A stretch of DNA of 64,000 nucleotides from Mobula hypostoma (lineage: Eukaryota): assembly GCF_963921235.1 (NCBI RefSeq), contig NC_086104.1:123566001-123630000 (forward strand). The letters are read 5' to 3'. Within the stretch, counting starts at the first letter, position 1. The number at the start of each line of letters is the position of its first letter. The translations under genes were made by a program, and so were the position numbers. This document shows positions 61,771 through 64,000 of this stretch, in pieces. Under the pieces are notes generated by a model that was not told the DNA's origin, did no database searches, and worked only from the letters and a program-made list of their open reading frames with translations.

Positions 61771-62676
61771 CACATGCATAAACTAACTCACACTGATACT
61801 GTCTAACAGCTGATAAGCAAGTTAAGAATCAAGCACACATACAAGTGTGCATGGGAGTTTACATGCATGTGTGTAATCATGTGTGCTTTAATTGATACAT
61901 GCATTTGTGTGTCCGTGTGCATGTGTGCACATGTATGTGTTTGCATACATGCACGTGTATTTGTTCATATACACATTATTGCAGGAATACATATTCACCA
62001 AACACATATTCAACCCCAGTCACACAAACATATTCACCTTCAAACTCTCTCACACATATATTCACAGACAAAAAAACACACGTATGCATGCACACACACA
62101 TATTCACAAAGATCCACTCTCACAAGTGCATACACCCACACAGTGTAACGCACAAATGAATTCAGACATAGACATCTCCCTCACTAACTCTCCCTCACGT
62201 ACACACACACACAATCACATTCACACATTCACCCAGACAGACATACACGCACGCATTTCCCCAGACACACACACACACACAGACATGCGCACACAGATAC
62301 ACACACAGATACACACACAGCNNNNNNNNNNNNNNNNNNNNNNNNNNNNNNNNNNNNNNNNNNNNNNNNNNNNNNNNNNNNNNNNNNNNNNNNNNNNNNN
62401 NNNNNNNNNNNNNNNNNNNNNNNNNNNNNNNNNNNNNNNNNNNNNNNNNNNNNNNNNNNNNNNNNNNNNNNNNNNNNNNNNNNNNNNNNNNNNNNNNNNN
62501 NNNNNNNNNNNNNNNNNNNNNNNNNNNNNNNNNNNNNNNNNNNNNNNNNNNNNNNNNNNNNNNNNNNNNNNNNNNNNNNNNNNNNNNNNNNNNNNNNNNN
62601 NNNNNNNNNNNNNNNNNNNNNNNNNNNNNNNNNNNNNNNNNNNNNNNNNNNNNNNNNNNNNNNNNNNNNNNNNNNC

Positions 62677-63170
62677 AATGGGAAGGCTCTCACTAAGTGT
62701 CCCCTCCTTGGGTCTAATTCGTGTTTGTACAGACTAGCCTCCAGCAGACAGCTTGAGTGATGACATCCATTAAATAGTTAATCCGACTGATTGAATGTTT
62801 GCTTCCTGTAAATTGAAACATTAAACAACAGCGGATAGAAAAGAGGTGTCGAAAAATCAGTCATGAAAGATTCATTTTCTATGAGTAATATCGCATGGCT
62901 TCTGAATGTTTAAACACAGTCTTCCAGCCAAGAAACACTGCGGGAGATTCAGAATCTGAAGCACAGGGTGAAACTGAAGTTTTAATAAGGCTGCGAGATT
63001 GGACTTGATTGACTGACTGCTAGTTTGGGTTGTTAGAGAGAATTTAATGCTTTCCCCGTGTCTACGAATGGCAACATCTAGGGCATGGTGGATTGAGAGC
63101 AAGAGTCTCAGGTGTGAAACACATTGATTAAGCTGCTCAGGGATCTGTACCTGGTTTTTTGAGGCTGCGT
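62677..63170. promoter_or_regulatory. Unique island, candidate CNE
   Basis: TE-free, with TGATTGAC (PBX/MEIS-type, 63006), CTGATTGAA, palindromic TGTTTAAACA (FOX) and TTAATCC. Confidence 0.4.
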
Positions 63171-63313
63171 TAAGTGGGCAGATCCACAGAGAGAGGTGAT
63201 GTGGAGGGAGGTGGTAGGATAGGAAAGTCCATTACCTCGATGCTACATGAATGGAGGCAGCTGAAGTGGGGGGTTGAATGGTGGGAGGAAGGTCACATAC
63301 TACCCACAACCTT

Positions 63314-64000
63314 TTGGATTTTCAAAAGGCTTTTGACAAGATCCCACACAGGAGATTAGTGTGCAAATTTAAAGCACACAGTATTGGGGGTAAGGCATTG
63401 ATGTGGATAGAGCATTGGTTGGCAGAAAGGAAGCAAAGAGTGGGAATAAACGGGACCTTTTCAGAATGGCAGGCAGTGACTAGTGGGGTACCGCAAGGCT
63501 CAGTGCTGGGACCCCAGTTGTTTACAATATATATTAATGACTTAGATGAGGGAATTAAATGCAGCATCTCCAAGTTTGCGGATGACACGAAGCTGGGCAG
63601 CAGTGTTAGCTATGAAGAGGATGCTAAGAGGATGCAGGGTGACTTGGATAGGTTAGGTGAGTGGGCAAATTCATGGCAGATGCAATTTAATGTGGATAAA
63701 TGTGAGGTTATCCACTTTGGTGGCAAGAACAGGAAAACAGATTATTATCTGAATGGTGGCCAATTAGGAAAAGGGGAGGTGCAACGAGACCTGGGTGTCA
63801 TTATACACCAGTCATTGAAAGTGGGCATGCAGGTACAGCAGGCGGTGAAAAAGGCAAATGGTATGCTGGCATTCATAGCAAAAGGATTCGAGTACAGGAG
63901 CAGGGAGGTACTACTGCAGTTGTACAAGGCCTTGGTGAGACCACACCTGGAGTATTGTGTGCAGTTTTGGTCCCCTAATCTGAAGAAAGACATTCTTGCC
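63314..64000 (+). mobile_element. Young 5'-truncated CR1 LINE with uninterrupted RT reading frame (runs off window)
   Basis: 229 codons with no stop: LDFQKAFDKIPH..VTSGVPQGSVLGPQLFTIYINDLD..SKFADDTKLG..WQMQFNVDKCEVIHFG..RDLGV..LYKALVRPHLEYCVQFWSP. Missed by the ORF track because no stop is present. Confidence 0.95.

Noticed and set aside
62755-62795. GTGATGA...CTGA resembling a C/D box snoRNA
   Set aside because: The boxes are only ~25 nt apart and there is no terminal stem.

Overview
This is eukaryotic, repeat-dense, essentially non-coding DNA from a draft assembly with 9 N-gaps. The repeat repertoire points to a cartilaginous fish, probably a ray or skate (inference): CR1/HER1-type LINEs with octamer tails, Rex1/Babar LINEs, V-SINE/HE1-like SINEs, Neptune-type Penelope elements and long GA/CA/GATA tracts. 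No host protein-coding gene can be recognised, and nearly all ORF-track entries are low-complexity, gap or transposon artefacts. The only real protein signals are transposon-derived: a Penelope Cys-linker plus GIY-YIG endonuclease frame (35024-35518), Rex1 C-terminal fragments, and an uninterrupted CR1 reverse-transcriptase frame running off the window end (63314-64000). The highlights are five. (1) A Penelope-like element family carries minimal hammerhead-ribozyme motifs, and two miniature TSD-flanked hairpin insertions fold back at the predicted ribozyme cleavage site. (2) An orphan minus-strand 3'UTR/poly(A) site is interrupted by one of those hairpins. (3) An ancient ~115-bp, internally trimeric tandem array spreads over 31-41 kb and is broken up by nested TEs. 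(4) About ten unique, motif-rich islands resemble conserved enhancers, several of them in a CpG-retaining domain (~41-55 kb), which suggests the regulatory landscape of a developmental gene. (5) A non-autonomous YY1-headed retroelement is present. TE family names come from recalled consensus features, not database searches, and TE boundaries are approximate.
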